From assembly GCF_003334405.1 (NCBI RefSeq), contig NZ_QOWM01000004.1: 64,000 bases of DNA. One strand, written 5' to 3'. The translations under genes were made by a program, and so were the position numbers. Shown here piece by piece: positions 1 through 12,160 of this stretch (positions are counted from its first letter, which is position 1; each line of letters begins with the position of its first letter). Below the pieces are notes generated by a model that saw only the letters and a program-made list of their open reading frames with translations, was not told the origin of the DNA and did no database searches. This stretch comes from Escherichia coli. Its GTDB lineage: Bacteria; Pseudomonadota; Gammaproteobacteria; Enterobacterales; Enterobacteriaceae.

Positions 1-484
1 TCAACGTTTCCATAATGGTGTATTCGAACGCGGTCAGTTTGATCACTTCGTCATTAATAGATAATTCACGGCGAGAGAGATCAACCTGAAACGGGGGGAG
101 CGAAATGACCTGTGAAGCCAGACCGCTATTACGCCGCATTAATGCCTGCATTCGCGCCATCACCTCTTCAATATGAAACGGTTTAGTCACATAATCATCA
201 GCACCGGCACTTAATACTTCGACTTTGTCCTGCCAGCTTTCACGGGCGGTTAATACCAGAATCGGCAGTGAAACATCGTTGCTACGCCAGCGGCGAATCA
301 GTGACAGACCGTCCTCGTCTGGCAATCCGAGATCGACAATCGCAATATCCGGTATATGTTCATTGAGATAATAATCGGCTTCTTTGGCATCTTCTGCGTC
401 ATCGACCTGATGACCAGCATCCTGAATCTGAACTTTAAGGTGGTGACGTAACAACGCATTGTCTTCAACAACCAGTACGCGCAT
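1..484 (-). CDS. phoP: Response regulator PhoP, partial (N-terminal ~161 codons; 3' end lies outside the window)
   Basis: Reverse-strand translation from ATG (complement of 482-484) reads [40 protein letters not shown]..., a CheY-like receiver domain recognised as PhoP; frame runs off the window edge. Not in ORF track because incomplete. Confidence 0.9.
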   Translation of the reverse strand, partial: MRVLVVEDNALLRHHLKVQIQDAGHQVDDAEDAKEADYYLNEHIPDIAIVDLGLPDEDGLSLIRRWRSNDVSLPILVLTARESWQDKVEVLSAGADDYVTKPFHIEEVMARMQALMRRNSGLASQVISLPPFQVDLSRRELSINDEVIKLTAFEYTIMETL

Positions 485-652
485 TTTTATTTCTCCCTGT
501 CTTAATTATTAAAATAGTGTAACGCGATTATGTGGTTATGGGGGTAAACATTAAATAAACCAGCGGGGAGGGGAGGTAAAGTGAAAAAATAAAAAGCGGA
601 TAATCTTAATAAGCAGGCCGGACAGCATCGCCATCCGGCACTGATACGAGGT

Positions 653-2026
<1,374 letters not shown>

Positions 2027-2668
2027 TCACAACTCCGGGGTTAAATGAGCAAGAATTTGTTTTGCCTGAGTGGTCAGGCGATTACGAGAAAACATCAGTT
2101 GCAGACGTCCGCCGCCGACCTGGTGCCAGAGCACGGCGGCGCGAATGCCTGCCAGCAGGGTTGCGCGAACTTTCGCCTGCACTTGTGGGCTTTGCAGTAC
2201 AGCAGGGGAACCGGTGACCTGAATGCGCGGGCCAAGCGGGCTAATCACATCAACATAGATAGCAGCCATCGCGCTCATCAGCGTTTCGGACTGTAAATCG
2301 AAGTGTTCGAGCTGGCGTTGCAGGCCGTTGATCCGGTTGCCCAGAGTGTCGAGCGCGCCTTTCGCTGAGGAGAGTTTGCGCTCAAGCACCATCAAGCTGA
2401 GTGTGTAGCGGGTTAATTCGGCGTTTAAGCCCTGGCGACTGCTGGCATTGAGCACGCCGAGCAGGGTTTCCAGCCCGACGCGCAGGTTGGCTTCGCTACC
2501 GCCAAAAACCGCCAGCGTCGAGCTGGGGTTCATATCAATAATACTGTTGAGTGAGACGTGTAGCGCATCGGCATCACAATGCCCCTGGTGAGCGAGTTGT
2601 TGCACCAGGCGTGCCGACTGACAAATACCGGCCAGGGCGAGGGTGATGTCATAGTAATTCTTTGCCAC
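2027..2668 (-). CDS. hflD: High-frequency lysogenization protein HflD
   Basis: ORF track 2027..2674; recognised N-terminus (M)[20 protein letters not shown] from GTG at 2668 gives the expected 213 aa. Confidence 0.88.
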   Translation of the reverse strand: MAKNYYDITLALAGICQSARLVQQLAHQGHCDADALHVSLNSIIDMNPSSTLAVFGGSEANLRVGLETLLGVLNASSRQGLNAELTRYTLSLMVLERKLSSAKGALDTLGNRINGLQRQLEHFDLQSETLMSAMAAIYVDVISPLGPRIQVTGSPAVLQSPQVQAKVRATLLAGIRAAVLWHQVGGGRLQLMFSRNRLTTQAKQILAHLTPEL

Positions 2669-2703
2669 GTTCACTGCTTCCTTGTTTTAAGTAAAGATAA
2701 TAA

Positions 2704-4325
<1,622 letters not shown>

Positions 4326-4334
4326 TTTGCATCC

Positions 4335-4988
4335 TTAATCTGTCACTTCTCGCCATTCACCATTGGCAAGATTATCCAAAGAGTAATCACCCATCGCATA
4401 GCGAATCAGTCGCAGCGTGGGGAAGCCAACATGGGCGGTCATGCGGCGCACCTGGCGATTACGTCCTTCATATAAGGTGATCTTCAGCCAGCTGGTGGGA
4501 ATACTTTTGCGTTCACGAATTGGTGGATTCCGCGGCCATAACCACGCGGGTTCGTCAACCAGCTCCGCGCCGGCGGGCAGGGTAGGGCCATCATTTAAGG
4601 TTACGCCATTGCGCAAGGCTTCAAGTGCGTCTTGTGTGGGAATACCTTCCACCTGCACATAATAGATTTTTCCGGTGCGTTTACCCGGCTGGGTTAAACG
4701 CGCCTGCAACGCGCCGTTATTGGTCAGCACCAGCAACCCTTCGCTATCGCGGTCAAGGCGACCTGCTGCATAAACACCCTGAACCGGGATGAATTCTTTT
4801 AATGTTTTGCGTCCGGCTTCATCGGTGAACTGCGGAAGAACATCGTAGGGTTTATTGAACAGGATCACACGCGTGGGCTGGTTTTCAGGTTTACGCCTGG
4901 TAGAACGTTGCGAGCTGAATCGCTTAACCTGGTGATTTCTAAAAGAAGTTTTTTGCATGGTATTTTCAGAGATTATGAATTGCCGCAT
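4335..4988 (-). CDS. rluE: 23S rRNA pseudouridine synthase RluE
   Basis: ORF track 217 aa; RsuA/RluE family motif [13 protein letters not shown]. Confidence 0.9.
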
Positions 4989-5159
4989 TATAGCCTAATA
5001 ACGCGCATCTTTCATGACGGCAAACAATAGGGTAGTATTGACAAGCCAATTACAAATCATTAACAAAAAATTGCTCTAAAGCATCCGTATCGCAGGACGC
5101 AAACGCATATGCAACGTGGTGGCAGACGAGCAAACCAGTAGCGCTCGAAGGAGAGGTGA

Positions 5160-6410
5160 ATGGAAAGTAAAGTAGTTGTTCCGGCACAAGGCAAGAAGAT
5201 CACCCTGCAAAACGGCAAACTCAACGTTCCTGAAAATCCGATTATCCCTTACATTGAAGGTGATGGAATCGGTGTAGATGTAACCCCAGCCATGCTGAAA
5301 GTGGTCGACGCTGCAGTCGAGAAAGCCTATAAAGGCGAGCGTAAAATCTCCTGGATGGAAATTTACACCGGTGAAAAATCCACACAGGTTTATGGTCAGG
5401 ACGTCTGGCTGCCTGCTGAAACTCTTGATCTGATTCGTGAATATCGCGTTGCCATTAAAGGTCCGCTGACCACTCCGGTTGGTGGCGGTATTCGCTCTCT
5501 GAACGTTGCCCTGCGCCAGGAACTGGATCTCTACATCTGCCTGCGTCCGGTACGTTACTATCAGGGCACTCCAAGCCCGGTTAAACACCCTGAACTGACC
5601 GATATGGTTATCTTCCGTGAAAACTCGGAAGACATTTATGCGGGTATCGAATGGAAAGCAGACTCTGCCGACGCCGAGAAAGTGATTAAATTCCTGCGTG
5701 AAGAGATGGGGGTGAAGAAAATTCGCTTCCCGGAACATTGTGGTATCGGTATTAAGCCGTGTTCGGAAGAAGGCACCAAACGTCTGGTTCGTGCAGCGAT
5801 CGAATACGCAATTGCTAACGATCGTGACTCTGTGACTCTGGTGCACAAAGGCAACATCATGAAGTTCACCGAAGGAGCGTTTAAAGACTGGGGCTACCAG
5901 CTGGCGCGTGAAGAGTTTGGCGGTGAACTGATCGACGGTGGCCCGTGGCTGAAAGTTAAAAACCCGAACACTGGCAAAGAGATCGTCATTAAAGACGTGA
6001 TTGCTGATGCATTCCTGCAACAGATCCTGCTGCGTCCGGCTGAATATGATGTTATCGCCTGTATGAACCTGAACGGTGACTACATTTCTGACGCCCTGGC
6101 AGCGCAGGTTGGCGGTATCGGTATCGCCCCTGGTGCAAACATCGGTGACGAATGCGCCCTGTTTGAAGCCACCCACGGTACTGCGCCGAAATATGCCGGT
6201 CAGGACAAAGTAAATCCTGGCTCTATTATTCTCTCCGCTGAGATGATGCTGCGCCATATGGGTTGGACTGAAGCGGCTGACCTGATTGTTAAAGGTATGG
6301 AAGGCGCAATCAATGCCAAGACCGTAACTTATGACTTCGAACGTCTGATGGAAGGCGCTAAGCTGCTGAAATGTTCAGAGTTTGGTGAAGCGATCATCGA
6401 AAACATGTAA
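5160..6410 (+). CDS. icd: Isocitrate dehydrogenase (NADP)
   Basis: ORF track 416 aa, [38 protein letters not shown]...; full length with native-looking C-terminus ...[10 protein letters not shown]. Confidence 0.97.
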   Translation: MESKVVVPAQGKKITLQNGKLNVPENPIIPYIEGDGIGVDVTPAMLKVVDAAVEKAYKGERKISWMEIYTGEKSTQVYGQDVWLPAETLDLIREYRVAIKGPLTTPVGGGIRSLNVALRQELDLYICLRPVRYYQGTPSPVKHPELTDMVIFRENSEDIYAGIEWKADSADAEKVIKFLREEMGVKKIRFPEHCGIGIKPCSEEGTKRLVRAAIEYAIANDRDSVTLVHKGNIMKFTEGAFKDWGYQLAREEFGGELIDGGPWLKVKNPNTGKEIVIKDVIADAFLQQILLRPAEYDVIACMNLNGDYISDALAAQVGGIGIAPGANIGDECALFEATHGTAPKYAGQDKVNPGSIILSAEMMLRHMGWTEAADLIVKGMEGAINAKTVTYDFERLMEGAKLLKCSEFGEAIIENM

Positions 6411-6433
6411 TCTCTCCATGTGTTAAATATTGA

Positions 6434-6462
6434 AACGGGCGTATAACACGCCCGTTGTTTTA
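6434..6462 (+). terminator. Rho-independent terminator downstream of icd
   Basis: Hairpin AACGGGCGT-ataac-ACGCCCGTT followed by a T-run (gtttt), about 25 bp after the icd stop. Confidence 0.6.
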
Positions 6463-6512
6463 TTTATGTGGATATTATTAATAGCATATCGAGCATATTT
6501 ATATGAAGCCCA

Positions 6513-6836
6513 TTACTTGAGCCCATATGGGCATATTTTTATAATGCAACTATTATGTAAACATTTATTTGTTATTTTGCTTTCTCCTGGAGGACACTCT
6601 TGACTGCTTTTGAGTAAACTCCATAAATCCTTGTTGAATGGTGCGATGTGATAAATAGTAATAGGATATTCTTTATCCTTAAGGATAATACCAGACTTAA
6701 CCGGTGTAAATATACTGCCAGGAGGGAGAAATATAGTAGATTGATACCAGATGATCATTTTCATATTACCCCATATGGCTGAAAAAGATATACCACATGT
6801 AGGTTGAATTACCGTGTCAATTACTATCCACTTCAT
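6513..6836 (-). CDS. iraM: Anti-adaptor protein IraM (RssB inhibitor; PhoP-regulated)
   Basis: ORF track 107 aa, [12 protein letters not shown]...ICPYGLK; expected size and position between icd and ycgX; AT-rich. Confidence 0.8.
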   Translation of the reverse strand: MKWIVIDTVIQPTCGISFSAIWGNMKMIIWYQSTIFLPPGSIFTPVKSGIILKDKEYPITIYHIAPFNKDLWSLLKSSQECPPGESKITNKCLHNSCIIKICPYGLK

Positions 6837-7297
6837 TTGTTATGTCTTATCCCACGGTATTTAATATGGTTCATTAGGATGTTTATTTCTTGATTTTGCA
6901 TATGAGTATATTACCCCCCCCTCAAAAAAATAAATTAATTAAAATGATGGCTTATATAAAATAAAATTTAAAGCAAGGAATCTCAATGGATGTTAAACAA
7001 AATGAGATTTTGTGAAAGCAATAAATTATTGACTTCGTTTTAGATTTGTTTAGCTATAATGTTATACATTCAAATGACTGAACATCCTGTAATTAAAACA
7101 TAGCCTTTATGCTACTTTGTGCCAATTTGCTAAACATTATGGTTGCCTTTTTATATAACGATAATAATGAATATAAGCATGACATGAGAATAAGGTTTCA
7201 ATTTTTGAGTTATATAGGAATGATTTAACCTGTTCCTGGCTAAAATACATATAACCGGATGATGACTAAACCAAAATACATGTGCGTTAAGTATTGA

Positions 7298-7327
7298 AAC
7301 GGACGTGTGGCACGGCCGTTGTTTTTA
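7298..7327 (+). terminator. Terminator-like hairpin; second copy of the icd terminator repeat
   Basis: AACGGACGTG-tgg-CACGGCCGTT followed by GTTTTT; about 33/40 identical to 6423-6462. Confidence 0.4.
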
Positions 7328-7535
7328 TAAATATGTTAACCGTTATAAAATAACGTATCAAAAGTCAAGTGATCACATTTCAAATATCAAGTTGATAGTA
7401 TTAGTCTGGTGATTATTTATGGGTGACAATAAAAAGACAGTATTAATCATCCATAGAGATAGTCTCTGCACTTTTATTTCCATTATGCTAATGCCTTACT
7501 GAATTATGAAGCATTTCTTAAGTATCCAACTTTAG

Positions 7536-7940
7536 CTAGATTAATGGTTTATTATTTTCTACATCTTCAATATATAAAAGCGTATTATCAATGGCGTAGT
7601 AACTGCGTTTGTTATGATTAACATCAGTAACCCACCGGAAAACGCCCGCGCCTGCCAGTGTTGAACAGTATTCCCGAAATGTAGATTTTCCGCAAATATG
7701 AAGCAATGCGGCCTCTTTTATTTTAGCAGGGTTCTTGGTCGTACTAACTTTTAACAGGTTCCTGGTTCCTCTTAATAACAAAACCGTATCATCGTGAGTA
7801 ATAATTCTGATGTTATCCGTAGCCAGATAATAAATGTAATGTGCAATACGGTGATGTTTTAATTCTGAATAAAACCAGGAGAAGTTTTGCTCTTTTCTCA
7901 CTTGCTCAAACATCTTTTGAAAAACAACGACCTGATCCAT
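7536..7940 (-). CDS. ycgX: DUF1398-family protein YcgX
   Basis: ORF track 134 aa; expected size and position upstream of bluR. Confidence 0.8.
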   Translation of the reverse strand: MDQVVVFQKMFEQVRKEQNFSWFYSELKHHRIAHYIYYLATDNIRIITHDDTVLLLRGTRNLLKVSTTKNPAKIKEAALLHICGKSTFREYCSTLAGAGVFRWVTDVNHNKRSYYAIDNTLLYIEDVENNKPLI

Positions 7941-8160
7941 CAGGATAATAACCTCTTGTTAGTTGTGAGACTGCGTAGTGTGCACGATCGGTTTTACCAC
8001 TTCAATCTGGTCTGTCCTTTGGCTGTGATATGTACAGAGTGTGATAGAGGGAATATCTGAATTCTCCCGGTGAGCATTTTGCAACGGACCAGCTCCGGTA
8101 CAAACGCTGTTGTGGGTTCAGATTATAACATTCTGTCTAAGGGGCGGGATAAAGGTGAAA

Positions 8161-8892
8161 TTAGGGGGCATGAAAGATGACTTTATAACCTTGCTCACCC
8201 CAGTGTTGTAAAAGTTCGTTTTGCCTTCTCGTTGGTGCCATGCCTGTCCAGACAATCAATGTTTGCGTCGGGAACAGTTCCGGGCGCGGCGATTCAATGG
8301 GATCAGCAAGAACAGAAATGTGCCATCCTGACAATGATAAACGCCATGCTTCCAGCCACAATCGTGCTCTCTCTTCAACATTCCACGCCATCAGAATGGC
8401 TTCTTTACCGGGCTTACGGCGCATTTCGAAAAGCGAGGTTGCTGCGTATTCAATTAATGCGCCGTCAAACATACTGCTCATAATGCGGGAGGTGTTGTGA
8501 TCAAGCACGAGACGCTGGCGAACAGGAAGGTAAACATGATTAATCAATTGATCTACTGGGTACTCTCGACCCAGTGAAATAATTCTCGCGCGTAGTTTGG
8601 CAGGATTAGCCATGCGAAGAATTGACATCATCTCTTCTTGCAGGCGGCTCCAGTCATCTTCCGTATCCTGGCTGGTGGTTTCCAGTAATGCTTTAACTTT
8701 GCCTACAGGGACGCCATTACTTATCCAACGCTTGATCTCTTCGATGCGTTGTATGTCTTCTTCATCAAAGAGTCGGTGTCCGCCTTCACTGCGCTGTGGT
8801 TTTAACAAACCGTAGCGGCGTTGCCAGGCCCGGAGAGTGACAGGATTAATCCCGCAACGTTCAGCAACATCACCAATGCTGTAATAAGCCAC
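8161..8892 (-). CDS. bluR: MerR-family repressor BluR (YcgE)
   Basis: ORF track 243 aa; N-terminal MerR helix-turn-helix [47 protein letters not shown]. Confidence 0.9.
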
Positions 8893-8942
8893 AATTCCTC
8901 CTTGCGGTCACAAATCTCCGTCGCCTGTACACGACCCAATAA

Positions 8943-8978
8943 TACTTTGTACAATATACGCTAAAATTGTACAAAGTA
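8943..8978. promoter_or_regulatory. Perfect 13-bp inverted repeat TACTTTGTACAAT-N10-ATTGTACAAAGTA upstream of bluR; candidate operator
   Basis: Read directly from sequence; lies 51-86 bp upstream of the bluR start codon; each arm contains the palindrome TTGTACAA. Confidence 0.35.
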
Positions 8979-9096
8979 TAAATAAGATTTCAGCTAAATT
9001 GGATGAAACATTATTTTTAATGTGGATTAAATTTAAACGTAACGTATTCATTTTTACGATGATTTACTGAAATCATGTGAAAGAATGTGCTGAAAA

Positions 9097-10308
9097 TTAT
9101 TTTTTCTCTGGCCACGCTATGGAAGGGATACCATTCAATTTAGCTTTAGCAAACAGATCTCCCTGAAACATCTCAATTCCTGCGGATTCAAGCCACATCC
9201 ACTCTTCTGGTGTTGCCACGCCCATAGCACTGACTTGAATTTCAAGTGATGTACAGCATTTTATGATCGCCTGAATAATTGCCTGCCGTGGCCCACTTTT
9301 ATGAACATTGGTAATCAATTCCTGACTGATTTTAATTCTGTCAGGCTGGAAGCGTGACAGGAGTAACAAACCAGCAAAACCTGCGCCAAAATGATCAATT
9401 GCTACACTGATACCAGCAGCCTTTAGCGATTTAATCGCTTCGGCAAACTCATCAAACCGAGATATGACTTCACTTTCAGTAAATTCAACGATGATTTGTT
9501 CAGGCACCAGAGCATTGGCCTTTATTTCATTAAGTAAAAAAGAGACTGCGTCAGGTTCGTTAACCAGGGTCATAGGTAATAGATTGATTGAAATCATTTT
9601 ATCACCGAGCTCAAGTGCGTGTGCCATCGTGAATGCAAGCGCCTTACTTTTGAGATCCGCTGTGTAGATTTCCCCGTCTTTACGCTGCCCAACCGCTATG
9701 GCTGATGGGCTATCTTCATTTTTTTGCACAATGGCTTCAAAAGCGATTATCCGCCGCGATAAGGGATCGACAATAGGATGAAAGGCAAAGTGGTCGTTTA
9801 TAGTTGGTGAAAGGGCACAGGAATCAAGTTCTTTATCAGATCCGTCAGCGATAAAAAGCCAGGAGTCTTCGGCAGGGATCTCGAAATAGGTTGATTGTTC
9901 GGTTGCAAGGACAAAAGTACGAAAAAATTGTAGCGCTCTGTCATCATAAGTTAGCTGAAATTTTGATGTGCCTTTGTCGAATACGGCCTGTAAAACGTCA
10001 TCTCGCTCGTGCAGGCGCAAATCAAATAATTCCATTCCCGCTTTGCCAAAACGGCGAGCAGGCGCGTAATCGCACAGCAGCTCAACAATATTATAGTGCC
10101 GTGGATCCTGGCATATAGCCCGATATATCATTTTAACCTGTTCTTCCGGACCTTCCAGAAGCTGGAAAAAATGAGAACCATTAAACAGTAAGATCCCTGT
10201 TACGTCAGACTGCATGTTCCTGCGATTTGCTATCGAAACCATTTCTTCGATTTTTTTGACAGGTTCGTCGTCACGTATATGGCTACGATAAATAAGGGTG
10301 GTAAGCAT
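9097..10308 (-). CDS. bluF: Blue-light sensing BLUF-EAL protein BluF (YcgF)
   Basis: ORF track 9097..10386; recognised start MLTTLIYRSHIRDDEP gives 403 aa; BLUF domain N-terminal, EAL-like domain C-terminal. Confidence 0.9.
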   Translation of the reverse strand: MLTTLIYRSHIRDDEPVKKIEEMVSIANRRNMQSDVTGILLFNGSHFFQLLEGPEEQVKMIYRAICQDPRHYNIVELLCDYAPARRFGKAGMELFDLRLHERDDVLQAVFDKGTSKFQLTYDDRALQFFRTFVLATEQSTYFEIPAEDSWLFIADGSDKELDSCALSPTINDHFAFHPIVDPLSRRIIAFEAIVQKNEDSPSAIAVGQRKDGEIYTADLKSKALAFTMAHALELGDKMISINLLPMTLVNEPDAVSFLLNEIKANALVPEQIIVEFTESEVISRFDEFAEAIKSLKAAGISVAIDHFGAGFAGLLLLSRFQPDRIKISQELITNVHKSGPRQAIIQAIIKCCTSLEIQVSAMGVATPEEWMWLESAGIEMFQGDLFAKAKLNGIPSIAWPEKK

Positions 10309-10539
10309 TAACAATCCAGGGTAATGGGTGAGGCGAGAGTAAGACGGTAACAGACATATCTTCTTGTGTCTTTCTTTTAATACCAAAACATAACCGTTTC
10401 TTTACATTGATAAAAAATGGAAAAAGTTGAACACTAGTTGGCGAAAAATCTTGTATAGATTGTCAGTTAAATGATGCAATATGTTTTATCATAACACATT
10501 GTTTTATATGCATTAGCACTAATTGCAAAAAATTAATTT

Positions 10540-10570
10540 ATCATTCTGTACACATATTTCGTACAATTTT
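10540..10570. promoter_or_regulatory. Candidate BluR operator / ycgZ promoter element
   Basis: TGTACA at 10547-10552 and GTACAAT at 10561-10567 in the bluF-ycgZ divergent intergenic region; same core motif as the palindrome upstream of bluR. Confidence 0.3.
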
Positions 10571-10621
10571 GCTATTGTTACTTCACTTAACATTGATTAA
10601 CATTTTTAACAGAGGCGTAGC

Positions 10622-10858
10622 ATGCATCAAAATTCAGTGACTTTAGATTCTGCGGGAGCAATCACTCGTTACTTTGCAAAAGCTAACTTGCATACTCAGC
10701 AGGAAACTCTCGGGGAAATTGTGACTGAGATTTTGAAAGATGGACGTAATCTGAGTCGAAAGTCGCTTTGTGCCAAACTTCTTTGCCGACTGGAACACGC
10801 GACTGGGGAAGAGGAACAGAAACATTATAATGCACTAATTGGGTTGCTTTTTGAATAA
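10622..10858 (+). CDS. ycgZ: Small regulatory protein YcgZ
   Basis: ORF track 78 aa; first gene of the ycgZ-ymgA-ariR-ymgC cluster. Confidence 0.85.
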   Translation: MHQNSVTLDSAGAITRYFAKANLHTQQETLGEIVTEILKDGRNLSRKSLCAKLLCRLEHATGEEEQKHYNALIGLLFE

Positions 10859-10900
10859 TGCAACAGCCTGATTATTTAACAGGTTAGCTATGAAGTCGTT

Positions 10901-11173
10901 ATGAAGACATCTGATAATGAACGTATAAAATATGAAATTACTGGCCAGGCGGTGCTCCAGATACTGCGCATGAAGATAAATTTTTCATTGCAGACTCTTA
11001 TTAAGCAATTACTCGTAATGAAATCGGCTGAGGAAGATGCTTTCCGACGCGATTTAATTGACAGCATAATTCGTGATTTTAGCAATAGTGATTCAGGAGG
11101 GCCAAACCGAAGAACAGCGACAGCTGACAATAAAAGTATGTTCAATGGTAAGAAAATAAACAGAATACATTAA
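10901..11173 (+). CDS. ymgA: Small protein YmgA (Rcs connector)
   Basis: ORF track 90 aa; expected size and order. Confidence 0.85.
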   Translation: MKTSDNERIKYEITGQAVLQILRMKINFSLQTLIKQLLVMKSAEEDAFRRDLIDSIIRDFSNSDSGGPNRRTATADNKSMFNGKKINRIH

Positions 11174-11201
11174 AATTTCATAAGTAAGATGAGAGGTTAC
11201 C

Positions 11202-11468
11202 ATGCTTGAAGATACTACAATTCATAATGCAATAACTGATAAAGCGTTAGCAAGTTACTTTCGCAGTTCGGGTAATTTGTTAGAAGAAGAATCAGCAGTG
11301 TTAGGGCAGGCTGTCACCAATTTAATGCTTTCAGGCGATAATGTTAATAATAAAAATATTATCTTAAGTCTGATACACTCCTTGGAAACAACAAGTGATA
11401 TTCTCAAAGCTGATGTGATTAGAAAAACACTGGAAATCGTGTTGCGATACACAGCTGATGATATGTAA
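11202..11468 (+). CDS. ariR: Biofilm/acid-resistance regulator AriR (YmgB)
   Basis: ORF track 88 aa; expected size and order. Confidence 0.85.
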
Positions 11469-11580
11469 CTTCTAATTATTAAGTATAAGTTTATAGAAAA
11501 CTCATTCATCTTATTTTTGTCTGTCGCTTTAGACTATACACAGCATAATTTTATTGGGTTAATATTTCTACGAGGCTGAC

Positions 11581-11829
11581 ATGAATAATTCAATCCCAGA
11601 GAGATTTATTTTTCAATGTGCTTTGTTTAAAAATCTCGAGAGGGAGGTGTTCATGACGCATGGGTATGTTGATAGTCATATTATTGATCAGGCTTTACGC
11701 TTGCGTTTAAAAGATGAAACCAGTGTGATTCTTTCTGATCTCTATCTGCAAATATTGCAGTACATTGAAATGCATAAGACTACACTAACGGATATCATTA
11801 TTAATGACAGGGAATCCGTGCTCTCTTAG
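11581..11829 (+). CDS. ymgC: Small protein YmgC
   Basis: ORF track 82 aa; expected size and order. Confidence 0.85.
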   Translation: MNNSIPERFIFQCALFKNLEREVFMTHGYVDSHIIDQALRLRLKDETSVILSDLYLQILQYIEMHKTTLTDIIINDRESVLS

Positions 11830-11923
11830 AACTTGAGTAAGGTTTTAGAATAAACATCAGCTGTATCACCATGCTGATGCAAAGTGAGCATTTCAGGCGT
11901 TATGCTTTCTTATTATGTCCGCA

Positions 11924-11977
11924 ATATCAGGTGTCAAGAATGGAGAGTTCTCGCTCTCCATTCTTGACGCCTGATAT
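11924..11977 (+). repeat. 24-bp near-perfect inverted repeat (6-nt loop); possible terminator of the ycgZ-ymgABC transcript
   Basis: ATATCAGGTGTCAAGAATGGAGAG-ttctcg-CTCTCCATTCTTGACGCCTGATAT; arms match at 23/24 positions (one G-U wobble in RNA); about 95 bp after the ymgC stop. Confidence 0.5.
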
Positions 11978-12160
11978 CCCGCCTAACTTATTTTGTACTG
12001 CCTACATTATGCTCAATAATTAATGGGTTAGATCAAGATGGAGAAAATTTTATCTTCGGCGTGGATATTTCTTATGCTCTCTACCATGCTCTCTGTAGAT
12101 GCCAGCGCGAGCGAATGAATGGCATTTTCATGTATTAAACCCTTTGGCCGGGACAAGCAA

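Noticed and set aside
616-640. Hairpin GCCGGA...TCCGGC downstream of purB considered as a terminator or REP element
   Set aside because: No adjacent U-tract on the purB strand and only a partial match to the REP consensus; left unannotated.
5076-6257. 393-aa ORF on the minus strand
   Set aside because: Lies entirely antisense to icd, whose identity is unambiguous; a long antisense frame in a highly expressed gene is an expected codon-bias artefact.
6837-6900. Possible PhoP box upstream of iraM (GTTTA-like half-sites in GATGTTTATTTCTTGATTTT)
   Set aside because: Half-site spacing and sequence do not match the (T/G)GTTTA-N5-(T/G)GTTTA consensus well enough to annotate.
7029-7060. TTGACT ... 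TATAAT pair resembling a sigma70 promoter on the plus strand upstream of the 7298-7327 hairpin (possible small RNA)
   Set aside because: The spacer is 20 bp rather than 16-18 bp, and such hexamers are frequent by chance in AT-rich DNA; insufficient to call a promoter or sRNA.
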